From NCBI GenBank assembly GCA_973895155.1, contig OZ316895.1, positions 10,714,184 through 10,778,183 on the forward strand: DNA of 64,000 nucleotides, written 5' to 3'. Source of the stretch: Marsupella aquatica. Its lineage: Eukaryota > Plantae > Marchantiophyta. This document shows, piece by piece, positions 51,300 through 63,244 of this stretch. Both the position numbers and the translations under genes were made by a program. The notes beneath the pieces were generated by a model, which saw only the letters and a list, made by a program, of their open reading frames with translations, made no database searches and was not told the origin of the DNA. The number at the start of each line of letters is the position of its first letter. The first letter of the stretch is position 1.

Positions 51300-53150
51300 T
51301 ACACCTTTGGAGTGATTTTCCAGAAGTGTCATCATATATAGATGCGCGCATACTATCGTATCCATGGGGCAAATGAAACTTTTTTGTCTCTCCAAGAAGT
51401 AGGGCAATACCAATGGAAGGTTGTAATCCTTTGTTGTAATTGTGTCATGTTTGTGCCGGTGTTTGGACGGGGAATATTTTAATTTGCAAATAAATGCATG
51501 CATACCATCACATCCAAAGGCAAATAAAAGTTTTTTTTGGTTCTCCAAGAGGTAGTGCTGCCCCAATGGAATGGGCAGGGGAGTCATGCTTCTCAGTATG
51601 GTGTGGGTGCAGGTTTAGGGAAGAGGAATATTCCAATCTTGCAAGGAATCTAAAGCTGGCTCTCTTTGGAGGTACTAGGGCCTTTATTGGGTCATATGTG
51701 AGCAATGGCCCGTCATAAATGCCAATGACTAAAAGTAGGGTCATTAAAATTGTCATATGGAGAGTCATATCAGTCTAATGACTGGATTTGTGGTCATTTG
51801 AGGGGTCCCTTATGTAGTCATTAAAGAAAAGCACAAATGACCATTTTGGGGCTAGGGGCTTGAGGTGGGCCCTAGAGTGCCATGGGGCCCCACATAGAGG
51901 TGACAACCCCTCCACTAGGTGTGGGACACTATACTCATCATTGTCCAACCACTAGTTGCGACATAAACACTTTGGACACATGTTTTTGTGTTTACTCAAG
52001 GCATGATGCACCTTTGGGGAAATCACTCCCAAGTCGTACGACTTTGGAGTGATTTGCCAAAAGTGTCACCATGGATGCATACCATCACATCCAAAGGCAA
52101 ATAAAAGTTATTTTTGGGTTCTCCAAGAGGTAGTGCTGCCCCAATGGAATGGGCAGGGGAGTCGTGCTTCTCTGTATGGTGTGGGTGCAGGTTTAGGGAA
52201 GAGAAATATTCCAACCTTGCAAGGAATCTAAAGCGGGCTCTCTTTGGAGGTACTAGGGCCTTCATTGGGTCATATGTGACCAATGGACCGTCATAAATGC
52301 CAATGACTACAAGTAGGGTCATTACAACTGTCATATGGGCAGTCATATAAGTCTAATGACTACAGTTGTGGTCATTTGAGGGGTCCCTTGTGTAGTCATT
52401 AAGCAAAAGCACAAATGACCAGTTTGGGGCTAGGGGCTGGAGGTGGGCCCTAGAGTGCCATGGGGCCCCACATAGAGGTGAGAACCCCTCCACTAGGTGC
52501 GGGACACTATACTCATCATTGTCCAACCACTAGTTGCGACATAAACACTTTGGACACATGTTTTTGTGTTTACTTAAGGCATGATGCACCTTTGGGGAAA
52601 TCACTCCCAAGTCATACGACTTTGGAGTGATTTGCCAAAAGTGTTACCATGCATGCACACCATCACATCCAAAAGGCAAATAAAAGTTGTTTTGTGGTTC
52701 TCCAAGAGGTGGTGCTGCACGAATGGAATGGGCAGGGGAGTCGTGCTTCCCTGTATGGTGTGGGTGCGGGTTTAGGGAAGAGGAATATTCCAACCTTGCA
52801 AGGAATCTATTGGGGGCTCTCTTTGGAGGTACTAGGGCCTTCATTGGGTCATATGTGACCAACGGACCGTCATAAATGCCAGTGACTACAAGTAGGGTCA
52901 TTACAACTATCATATGGGCAGTCATATAAGTCTAATGACTACAGTTGTGGTCATTTGTGTGATCCCTTGTGCAGTCATTAAGGAAAAGCACAAATGACCA
53001 GTTTGGGGCTAGGGGCTGAATGTAAGAATGAGTGCCACGCGGTCCCACATAGAGCTCACCACCGTTCCACGAGGTGGGGGATACAATACTTTCTATTCCA
53101 CCACTAGTTGCAGCATAATAAATGTTCAGACATGTTTTTGCGTTTAGGGA
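51300..53150. repeat. About 578-bp tandem repeat, about 3 copies
   Basis: Homologous spurious ORFs begin at 51768, 52346 and 52925 (spacing 578 and 579). Copies 2 and 3 look most alike. Confidence 0.92.
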
Positions 53151-54479
53151 AGGCATTATGGAGCACTAGAAGAGGAGCATAATTTCATTGGGTCATTTTG
53201 GATTAAGGGTATTCATTAATGCCAATGACTGAAGTGAGGGTCATTGGCACCGTCATTTTGCATGTCATATAATTCAAATGTTGTGTCATAAAAACCAATT
53301 TTGACTACAAATAGTGTCATTGAAATGGTCATATTAAGTGTCATATAAGACAAATTATTGGACATTTGGTCATTTAAGTGGTCCCTTGTGCAGTCATTGG
53401 GGTTGTCATGAATTAAAAAATGACATAGTATATCACATATTATCACATCTGAATGTGTAATTCCTTGGACCCAAATTTTTGGGGGCCCCATAAGTGCTAA
53501 TCAAAATAGTACATATATGGTATACCATATCATTCAATACTATAATAAACTTCACTATTTTCCTTAAATAAGAGAGTTCACACAAATTATTAACACGTTT
53601 TAATCGATGTGTGATTATTGCCAGGCCGATTTTAGAGTAGGGGTAATAGTTGATCGTGACATGAACAAAATGGTGCGTCTTTGGCAATGACAAAAAATTG
53701 AGATCTAATGACTGCAACTAGTGGTTGTTTTAGACCGAAGTCATACCGAAGTAGGGGTTCTCTTTTTAATTATCAGGACCTTATATAATGTCATTGTGGT
53801 ATGATATGGGAGGACTCCTATAAGAAATCACCAGAAATGACCTTATTTGGCCCGGGGCTGCCTATGGGTGGGAGGTGGGCTTCCCTTGAGTTAAAGTTTA
53901 GATGGGGGTGTAGAGTCATTTAGGGTTTAGGGTATTGTGGCCTTATGGGGGTCAGGACATTTTTAGGAGTTTTAGGGTAAGTGAATTACCCTATCGTGTG
54001 TGTCGTTTAAGCCCATCCAACGGTAAACATGACCGGGTTTAGGGGGCGACATTGTTTCCAGCACAAGTGTTCACCATTCGCGCGAGGGCCCTTTTTCCCG
54101 AAAACCATCGATCTGCTACGTTGAATGTCGTGGTTTCTTGGTGTGCACATATCAGTTTCCGAGCGGAGTGCTCTCACCTTTAGGGTTGCACAAAGTTTAA
54201 GTGCTCTTGGGACTTTATCACTGCGCTGCGTAACGTCGGGCAAGCATTGGGCGAGGCATTGTTTGAGTGAAGCCTTGGACCTGGACCCTAAACTATTGAC
54301 CATTTGCATGCTTTAGAGGAGGAGCTCCGACCCGAAGCCATTCAGGCTGCCATTGTTTTTGAGTGTGTTGCGCACGTTCAGCGGAGCACCTCGGTAGGAC
54401 TTGGGCGCTACATGTTTCCAGGAGCTTTGATTGATTGGCATTGCAATAGCTTCTTTACATTTCCTCCAAGTTGCGGGTG

Positions 54480-54793
54480 AGGAGCGGAGGACGTGCTGCA
54501 AGCGGAGGACGAGCGGAGAGCGGAGGACGAGCTCGGGCTGCCAGCGGAGGACGAGCGGAGAGCGGAGGACGAGCTCGGGCTGCCAGCGGAGGACGAGCGG
54601 AGGGCTGAGCTGCGAGCAGAGGACGAGTTGCAAGCCGAGGACGAGCGGAGAGCGAAGGACAAGCTCGGGCTGCAAGCGGAGGACGAGCGGAGGCTGAGCT
54701 GCGAGCGGAGGACGAGCGGAGGCTGAGCTGCGAGCGGAGGACGAGCTCGGGCTGAGCTGCGAGCAGAGGACGAGCTGCGAGCGGAGGACGAGT
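54480..54793. repeat. GC-rich minisatellite (GCGGAGGACGA-based), probable CACTA 5' control region
   Basis: About 15 copies of GCGGAGGACGAG interleaved with GCTGAGCTGC and CTCGGGCTG spacers. Confidence 0.88.
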
Positions 54794-57148
54794 TCCCCTC
54801 CATCTCCATTCGTAGAGTGAGCTTCTTGTCTTTTGGGGACTTTAATTGGGAGTCAAGCTTCTCATTTCCCACGAAGAGATTTGTTCTACTGCATGCTAAT
54901 GCCACCGCGTTTCATTCTGTGACACTGAATTTTCTCTTCTAGAGCCTCTAGAGCGTCCACATCTAGAGACAGATTTCTTTTGTTGAACACCAATAAAAAT
55001 CCAGTTCCATTCTACTCACAATAATCTAGGGCTGTTGGGAGGAATGCAGAGTGAGTTCTATTGCTGATTTGTAGTCTATTTCTGGGCACTATGCTTGGTC
55101 TGTCAATTGCCAACTGTGCTTGTCTGTTATAGTTTGCGGAATTTGATTTGAATGGTGAAAAGCACACTCTCTGGATGAAAGTGCCGGCTAAGCGTAGACT
55201 GAGCGTTTCATATACGTTTGATTGATATTCCATTTTGATTGCACAATTCATTTGTTGCGGATCCCTACGAGTGCATTTTCTGTTTGTTATTCTCTGCCCC
55301 TCAGCACCAAGATCGTTTCCTCAGATCTCAATTCAGCCGTTCGTTGGTGTGAAACATGACTACTGTTGCTCCTCTCGGTTTCATCCATGCCTGAACGTAG
55401 CAATCGGCAGCCATGAAGGTGGGGCCATCACCATTTTCACAATCCATCCAACTAGTAATGTTCGCTCAATGGCAACCTTAAGTTGTGGCAATTGTGGTAC
55501 TGTGGACTTTACTGACAAACACATCGGAGAATTTTTGGACACCCTAAAGTGCACTTCCTCTTCTACTTAAAAATTCAAGCCCTAAGATAATTTCCTTATC
55601 TTTGACAAAATAAGAATGGTGATATTGATGTGCGAGCGGAGTAACTATGTGCTCTGTTGTGGGGTAAGTTCATTCATACCAAGGGGCCAGCTAGCGCACT
55701 GCCAACAACATACAATCCATGCATGGGGAGTGCCAAGCCAATCTAGAGCATTAATTTGAGCATTGTTTTGCTCTGTATGAGCGACCAGGCCGTCTAGCAA
55801 GTACTTTGCTTCATAACAATTGTAAAAGATTCTCAACAGACATTGGCTCTATCCATGCATGAGGAAAAAGGCAATGTAGAGCATTAATTTGAGGATTTGT
55901 TTTCCTCTGAATGAGTGAGCTGCGATCGAACAATGTAAGTACTAGTAAGTACTAGACTACTTGCTAACCCTTGCTGGAAAATCTGTGTCAAACATCTGTT
56001 CCCACAATCCAAATCTGCGTATGTTGGATCTCTGTTGCGCTCTACTTTCTTTCACAGATTTTTTTGTTTCTTCCATTTCCTTTCTTGCATCTGAAGTCCG
56101 AGGACCATACTAGTTATCAATGTGCCAAAGACTTCTCATTTCTTCACTTTTCGTCTCCCTGCCGTTGGCACTTTCAGCAACTTTTTTTTTACTGAAGAGA
56201 AGTGCAGGCATGTATGGTGAATCCTCACTGGATTCCAGCAGCGACTCTGTAGAATTCTGTCGCCAAAAAGTTTCAGAGTTTCGTGTGTGGTTTGCCAACT
56301 GCTGTGCCACCTCAGAGAATTCCTCAATGGCTTTTGTACAAGCCTTGCTCTTCAACTATGGTAATTTACAACTAACTGTCTGACGTTCACACATGATTTC
56401 CTTTGGTCTGCAAACTGGACAAAACTAAACTAAAATCAGCTTGGTCAATTTTAAATTCTTCGTAAGGGTCTCTGACAGCAGCCCGGTAATGCCACGACTG
56501 CACGAAGATAGAGTACGGTGCAGCTTTTGAAAAAGTGGGTGGACCAGCAGCTTGTTGAGAGTAAAGCAACTTATGGTTCTGTAACGCATGTGTGCAGCAG
56601 CTTAAGATGTAGAAGGCACGCAATAAAACTTGATTTTTATAGATTTAAAAAAGGGCAAGGTGATTGAGCACTGCATAATGAACTTACTGGTCTGAATCTT
56701 GATTTGATTTCACTGCTAAAATTTGTATCTCTTGCCTGAGTCCCAGTTCGCTGGAGTTTTGTTGCTCTCTGTGCTTTGTTGTGCACATTGTTGTGTTTGC
56801 TCTGTCCATTTTAAAACTTGAGAGCCAAATGAATGCTTTGCTGAAACTCAATTGCTATTTGTTCTGTGTTGCCCTTATAGATTTTAAAAAGGCAGGGTGA
56901 GTGAGCACTGCTGTACAGGAAGCGAAGGCATACAGGTTGCAATATTTGTGATTGCTTCCAATCATAGGCCAAGGTTATTTGCACTGCTCAGTCCTAAATG
57001 CTTTGCCATCCATAAAGCATTGGTTTGTGCTGCACCCTTGTGGTTACATGTCATATTTTATGCTGCACCCTCATTCTTGTGTGTCATGCTGCACCCTATT
57101 ATTCCTTCTTGTTTCACAATCTGATGTAGGGTCTGAGTGTGCAGGACC

Positions 57149-57808
57149 ATGGCTCGCAATAAGCAGAAGGCCATGAATCGTTGCAGAGGTGAATCCTCTC
57201 AAGCACCTCAATTGTCCTTATACTCAGACATTGAGATTAACCAGAATAGTCCACATGTATGTGCGATTTGTGATGAGGGAGGGGATCTCATTGTTTGTGA
57301 TGGGCCTTGCCACCGACATTTCCATAAGAATGTTTCCTGTCCTTTGGGTCAGCAATGGCTATGTCCAACTATATCCCTGGCTGATGGCCATGTTGGAGAA
57401 TGGCTTTGTGTTGATTGCAAGAATGAGGAACATTCTTGCTTTAAGTGCCATGTGTCTGGAAAAATGGGTGAAGAGGTAAGAAAATGTCCAGACCCTCTCT
57501 GTGCCCGGTTTTACTGTCAGCAGTGTTTGGTTCCTGGCACAGCATCATGTGGACTCCATATTTGTCTTACTTGTGGACAGGGGCCCAATGATGGGGCTAA
57601 TGGCTTTTTGGTTCAGTGCATGAGGTGTCCTAAGGCATGGCACAAGGACTGCCTGCTATTTATCCAGCAGAGGGGATTTGCCCATGATCGAACAATTTGG
57701 GATCACTCAGCGCATGGGCAGCCCAAGAAGGGGATGTTTTACTGTCCTGACCATGACATTGACCCTACACTAGGCACTCCTGCTAGGAGTCACATATCTT
57801 GGATTTGA
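57149..57808 (+). CDS. Stand-alone EDM2/NSD-like composite PHD-finger protein (219 aa) inside the CACTA element
   Basis: ATG in accATGg context just after an acceptor (TGATGTAG at ~57129). Motifs: CAICDEGGDLIVCDGPCHRHFH, WLCVDCKNEEHSCFKC, EVRKCPDPLCARFYCQQC, CGLHICLTC, QCMRCPKAWHKDCL and YCPDHDIDPTLGTPARSHI. The last mirrors the YCxxHEID..LxTPxRDH tail I recall from EDM2. Confidence 0.85.
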   Translation: MARNKQKAMNRCRGESSQAPQLSLYSDIEINQNSPHVCAICDEGGDLIVCDGPCHRHFHKNVSCPLGQQWLCPTISLADGHVGEWLCVDCKNEEHSCFKCHVSGKMGEEVRKCPDPLCARFYCQQCLVPGTASCGLHICLTCGQGPNDGANGFLVQCMRCPKAWHKDCLLFIQQRGFAHDRTIWDHSAHGQPKKGMFYCPDHDIDPTLGTPARSHISWI

Positions 57809-58408
57809 TTGAGGCTGGATGGAACACAAACTTGAGATAGAGTTTTTTGATGGTTTCACGTGGACTTCAACAATTTTCAGAGTGCTAAAACATGTGGACT
57901 ATTTATATGCAGTTTGATGAACTCCTCATGTATACACACTCTACGACAGTGCATTGCGGATTGAGGCAATTAATTTTGAGAAATCAACTTTACTATCTTT
58001 TCCAGGGTAGGATTCCGATTTTCATGCATGTGCTTTGAGTGTGACTCGGGTCATTGTTGATGTCTAAACTTCACTTGTAAATTTGTCACTGGTGTCACAA
58101 ACATTACTTATTCCAGACCTGTCTGCTCACATTCCTAATAGGCAAACAAATACTGGAAATGATGAAGGCATAGAGATTTACGTTCATAGTATCATTCTGA
58201 TGACACTGTATGTGATGCTCTATTTGTATGCAAGAAGGAGAAGGTGCCCCACTACAATGGATTTGAGAAACTGGGCTCTGTGGGTTTGAGCAATTGGACT
58301 GTGGTTGGCATCGGTTGTACAACTGTGACGGTAGGCCCAATTTTGTATGCATGTCACACCGATTCAGTTTGAAAATCATAGTTTGAATACAATTTCAATC
58401 AAGCTAGC

Positions 58409-61400
58409 ATGGCACAATTGCCACATAATACGTTAGGTGTGGGTAGAACTCCAAAGTTGCCTCTCTTCCATCCAGCTAGAGTACAACATCGTGATGATGC
58501 TTTGTGGGTTCGAGAACAGAAGGCCTGCCACAAGAGTGGGGACCATAAGATGTACTGCCCTTGTGTGAACTGCAAAGGGAATTATAGGACTAATCGGAAT
58601 ACTGCTAGACTACACCTTATTAAACATGGTCGGTACCCTGCATGTCGAGTGTGGGTGGGAGAGGGACAGGACTCTTCTGATGAAGAGTGGGGTGCTGACT
58701 ACATGTCACAACATGGCCCTGAGGCATTGAGGGTAGCAAACCTTCAGCAGGCATCCTGTGCACAACAGCCAACTGTAGATGTTGAAGAACATTTATTTGT
58801 AGATGTTCCAGAGTATCCAACTGTGGATGTTCAAGAACATCCTACTATAGATGTCGAAGAACATATCAGGGCTCTACTAGAAGAAACGTTGCTGAGAACC
58901 AATGAAGAATCCCCTGAGCATGAACTAGATGATCAGGACCATTTTGACTTGGATTTTATACTTGGGGATGATGAGAGTGAAGGAGGTGCCCATCCTGTAA
59001 ACCCCCTTGAAACCTCTGAAACTCCTATGGAGACTGATCCTGCACAGTTATCTTTAGATGCAGCAATGCAACCTTTGTTCCCAGGCAGCAAAATAGATGT
59101 TGTGTCATTCATGTTGCTTCTGCTGAACATCTGTCACGGCCATGGATTCTCAAACAAAGGAGTGAATGCATTGTTGTCTTTGATGGGGGAGCATGGTATG
59201 CCTGCAGAGCATAATCTGCCCAAGAACTTATATGCTGCAAAGCAGCTATTGAGAAAGCTTGGCTTGGATTATGAGAGAATCCCTGTCTGTGAGAAAGGTT
59301 GCATGCTCTTTAGGGGTGAGAATGCCAAGTTAGAAAACTGTTCAGTGTGTCAGCAGCCCAAGATGAAGAGAGTGGGGAATTCATTACAGGCAAGGAAGGT
59401 GGTGCGGTATTTCCCTATAATTCCCAGGTTGAAGAGATTGTATGCCACTGCTGGTACATCTAAACTCATGACTTGGCATCATGAGAATAGAAGCACAGAC
59501 AACATGGTTCGGCACGCAGCAGATTCAAAGGCTTGGAAGCATGTGGATACAAATATTGATCGGAAATTTGCAGCTGAACCAAGGAATGTGCGATTTGGGT
59601 TGGCACTTGATGGGGTGAATCCCTTTGGGAATAATTCCACAGCTTGGTCTACCTGGCCAATACTGTTGTTGAATTACAATTTACCTCCTTGGCTTACCAC
59701 CAAGAAGTTCTTTGTCATGCTAGCTATGCTGATTCCAGGACCTGATTCAGTAACAGAGGAACAACTGGACATAATATTGGGCCCATTCTATGAGGAGCTG
59801 GAGCTGTTGTGGAAGAAAGGAGTGCCCTGCTTTGACAAATTGCCACGCCCAGGATTGTCTCAACACTTCAACCTTAGGGCTGTGCTATTGTGGACAATCA
59901 ATGATTACCCTGCATATGGTTTAATATCTGGACAACAACACTCTGGATACAAAGGATGTGTCATCTGTGGGCCAAAATGTGTGGCACGTGGTTCTAAGCA
60001 CTTGCAGAAATTAGAGTACAGTGGCCACCGTCGATGGTTAGCAGCAAGGCATCTTTTTCGTAGACCAGACAGTGCACAATACTTTGATGGTGCAATTGAG
60101 AGTCAACCTACACCGTGTAGAATGACAAGCTCTGATAGAAAGAAGTGGGGAGACGAGACAACAGAATATTTGAAGAAGGGAGGAACCAAGGTTGAGGATG
60201 AGAAATGCCCCATAAAGGTGCATGGAGTGAAGAGGGCTACTGGTCTGTACAAGTTACCCTATTGGAATGTAAGACTCCATACTACTACAATGAATTTCTG
60301 CAATCTCTTCATATGACTTTGAAATATATTCTCTTCATATACTTCCTGAACCCCAGATTTTGTAATTGTTGTATTCAATGCAGTAATTTCTGAATTGTGT
60401 CCACTGCACAAACTACTGCCCAGTGATGCCAAAAGTTGTATTCAATGCCCTAATTTCTGAATTGTGTGTCCACTGTAGAAACTACTCATTAACCATTGTC
60501 TAGATCCCATGCACTGTGAGAAGAATCTTGCACACAACATTGTGCACACTATCATTGGGACCAAGGACACTCCTTCTGTGAGAGAAGACATGAAGCTCTT
60601 ACAGGTGCGCCAACACCTATGGCTTGTACCCAATCCAGCTCCCAAGCGTAAGGATGACAAATTGTTGATGCCCCCAGCCCCATATTGCCTGAGCAAGAAG
60701 GAAAGAACAAGGTTCTTGGAGGTTTTATTGACCTTGAAAGGGCCCACTGGTTTTTCAAGTTCTTTGGCAAAGTGTGTTACAAAATCCAAGAAACTCTCTG
60801 GGTTGAAATCACATGATTTCCACCAACTCATGCAACAGATTCTCCCTCTGGCAACAATGGGATTACTTGATGAAGGGGTTCGCTTGGCCATAGCTGGGGT
60901 GAGCAATATCTATCGCCAGATCTGTACGAAGGTGTGGGACCCTTCAATGTATGAGAATTTGATGATGGATGTTGCATTCACTCTCTGCATTTTGGAAATC
61001 CATTTTCCACCAAGCTTCTTTGATGTCATGACCCATTTAATGATTCACCTAGTGGAGGAATTAGACTTGTGTGGCCCAGTTACAGGCAGATGGATGTACC
61101 CAATAGAGAGGAACCTGAAGGTATTGAAGGGTTATGTACGAAACAAGGCACGTCGAGAAGCTTCTATGGCTGAAGGCTATGTATTAGATGAGTCTTTGGG
61201 ATTCCTTTCTGAATACATGATTGATGCAAAGGGAGAGGGAAAACGAACCTGGGAGTTGGAGGAGGATGCTGGCGTTGCAGGCATTGTTTTGGAAGGGGCT
61301 GCAAAGGCGATAACTTTGGATTGGTCTGAAATGATGGCCATGCATCATTATATATTGGAGAATGAAGAGACAGTGGCTCCATGGTACAGGTACATAAACC

Positions 61401-62346
61401 CTAAATTATGTTGCCCCATTGTGTTTGTATATTCATGGTGGATCATGCACTAATGTCTTCAGTGTTGTTGTTGCCATGCAGGATATATGATGCTACCAAT
61501 GAGACTGTTACCAAACGAAGAGTGGATTTCCGGAATGAATGGATGAGGAAGCCTGCCAATCGAAGAAAACCAGTGGAATTTCCCGCTGATTGCCAAGAAT
61601 TGTCACCTTTTAGGGAATGGTTTCAAACATTAGTCAATACCCATAATTTTGAAAAAGAGTCTGAGCGGTCATTACTATCTGCATACTCCACACCACCTAG
61701 TTTGAAGGCACGACTGTATAGGGCATGCAGAGCCTATGGGCACCATTGGAGGACTATTCCATCCTTGGGGTGTTTGAGTGATTGTGATTCTGGTGCTTTC
61801 AACACTTTTGATTCTGGGATGGCTTCTACATTCACTGAGAAGCGAGTGGACAGGTCTGGTGCAACCATAGAAGAATTTGTACAGTATGTAGGGGCCTTGA
61901 CAGATATCTTAGTACTGAATTACGGCAGCTTGAGGAAAGAGGTGATTCTTTTCAAAGGGAAATGGGCAGATCCATCATGGACTCCTAAATCCTCTGCCAG
62001 TATGAGGTATTCCGAGTCTGGTCTTTGGCAGGTGAATTTCCATAGAGAACTGGGTGTGTCCAAGAAAATGGATTACGTTTTCCCAAAGCAAGTGGAGCAG
62101 GTTTTCTTCCACCCCAATGAGAAGGGGATAGCATGGAGAACAATCCTCCACAAAGAATCCAGGTCCACAAGGGTGTTAGGTGATTACACAGACGTTGATT
62201 TCCATGCTACAATGGAAAACAATGCCAAATTACACATCAAATTGGCTAAGGCCTGTAGGTCCAGAGAAAATCCAGGACCAAGTACTGGTCCCAAACGAGG
62301 CAGAGATGCAGAGGGATCTGCAAGAAAGGGCAGGCCTAAGCAGTGA
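58409..62346 (+). CDS. CACTA transposase (TnpD/Tnp2), join(58409..60268,60479..61389,61482..62346), 1211 aa
   Basis: CPCVNC transposase-associated motif; VRYFPIIPRLKRLY, RHAADSKAWKH, LALDGVNPF and WTINDYPAYG (Transposase_21); DPMHCEKN, GLKSHDFH, FFDVMTHLMIHL and RWMYPIER (DUF4218); YVGALTDILVLNY and YVFPKQVEQVFF (DUF4216). Two GT-AG introns keep the frame, and the spliced product has no stops. Confidence 0.93.
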
Positions 62347-62775
62347 ATAGGTTTTAGCTAGGTGTGTGAAGTCCATAGATGGACTACATGTATGGACTAT
62401 TTATGAAATCAGACTAATGGTTTACCCATTTGTGCAGTTGGTGAATGCAGCCTGTGAAAGGAAGATTGCAAGGGTTGTCACATTCTGTGAATCCTTATGA
62501 GGAGGCCTGAAATCGGAACATAGAGCATAATGTCAGAATTATGCGTGATCTAGGACTGGGGCCAGACTGCAAGCTGATGTGTGTGTTGATATGTCTATTG
62601 CAAATTTGATTCAGTAGATGGAGTTGTCAGGTTCATGTTCTGTTTTCATATTCCAGATTGGTCTCATACTAGTATGGATCCTGTACATAAGTACTAGTCT
62701 TACGGTGTTGTAGATTCATTTTGCATGTATGTTTGATCTGCATTGGTGTATGTTGATGATTGCTTTGTTCCTTAG

Positions 62776-63177
62776 AGGCCCAACCACACATGTACAACGA
62801 GAGAGAGGAAAGCCTGCTTTGGTGAAAGGTACTTCAACTGAAACATTGCCAAAGAGGAGGAGCTCTAGACTATCAGAAGTTACCAAGGTGAACATGGCAG
62901 AGTTTGGTGATGATGGATATGGTTCTCCTTCTGAGTATGACACTGAGGATTCTGACATTGGAGGGTCAGAACCAGAGAGTGCACAACAGGTAATGCTTGA
63001 ACTTCATCATCCTAATAGGAAGGGATCCTTGTCCCTTTTTCAAATTATATGTTGATATGCTTACGTTGTCCATGATGTAGGTACAGAAACAAAATCGTGG
63101 TCCTAAGAAGACTGGGCCTGGTGGAGGTGGGCTAGTGAGATGTTGGAAAGACCCAGACACTGGACTCTTATATGAAA
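62776..63177 (+). CDS. Putative short spliced exons of unknown function downstream of the transposase
   Basis: AG/GT-bounded segments ~62776-62989 and 63081-63177 join in frame: PKRRSSRLSE..DDGYGSPSEYDTEDSD..QQ|VQKQNRGPKKTGPGGGGLVRCWKDPDTGLLYE. Confidence 0.35.
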
Positions 63178-63244
63178 GTGAGTGGATTGTACTGTTCTAC
63201 TTTTCAGGTGTGTTTGGAAGTTGATATTCTACTTGGAAATGAAA

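Noticed and set aside
51297-53156. Three similar short ORFs (MTAHM..GIYDGPL..)
   Set aside because: By-products of the 578-bp tandem repeat; the frames are not consistently conserved.
53164-53723. Internal CACTAGAAGAG (53164) and CTAGTG (~53718-53723) as possible element ends
   Set aside because: Neither gives the reverse complement of CACTAGAAGAAAA together with a matching 3-bp TSD.
54313-54905. Repetitive ORFs on both strands (AEDERR, LRSSSA, SPLVLR)
   Set aside because: Translations of a stop-poor GC-rich minisatellite.
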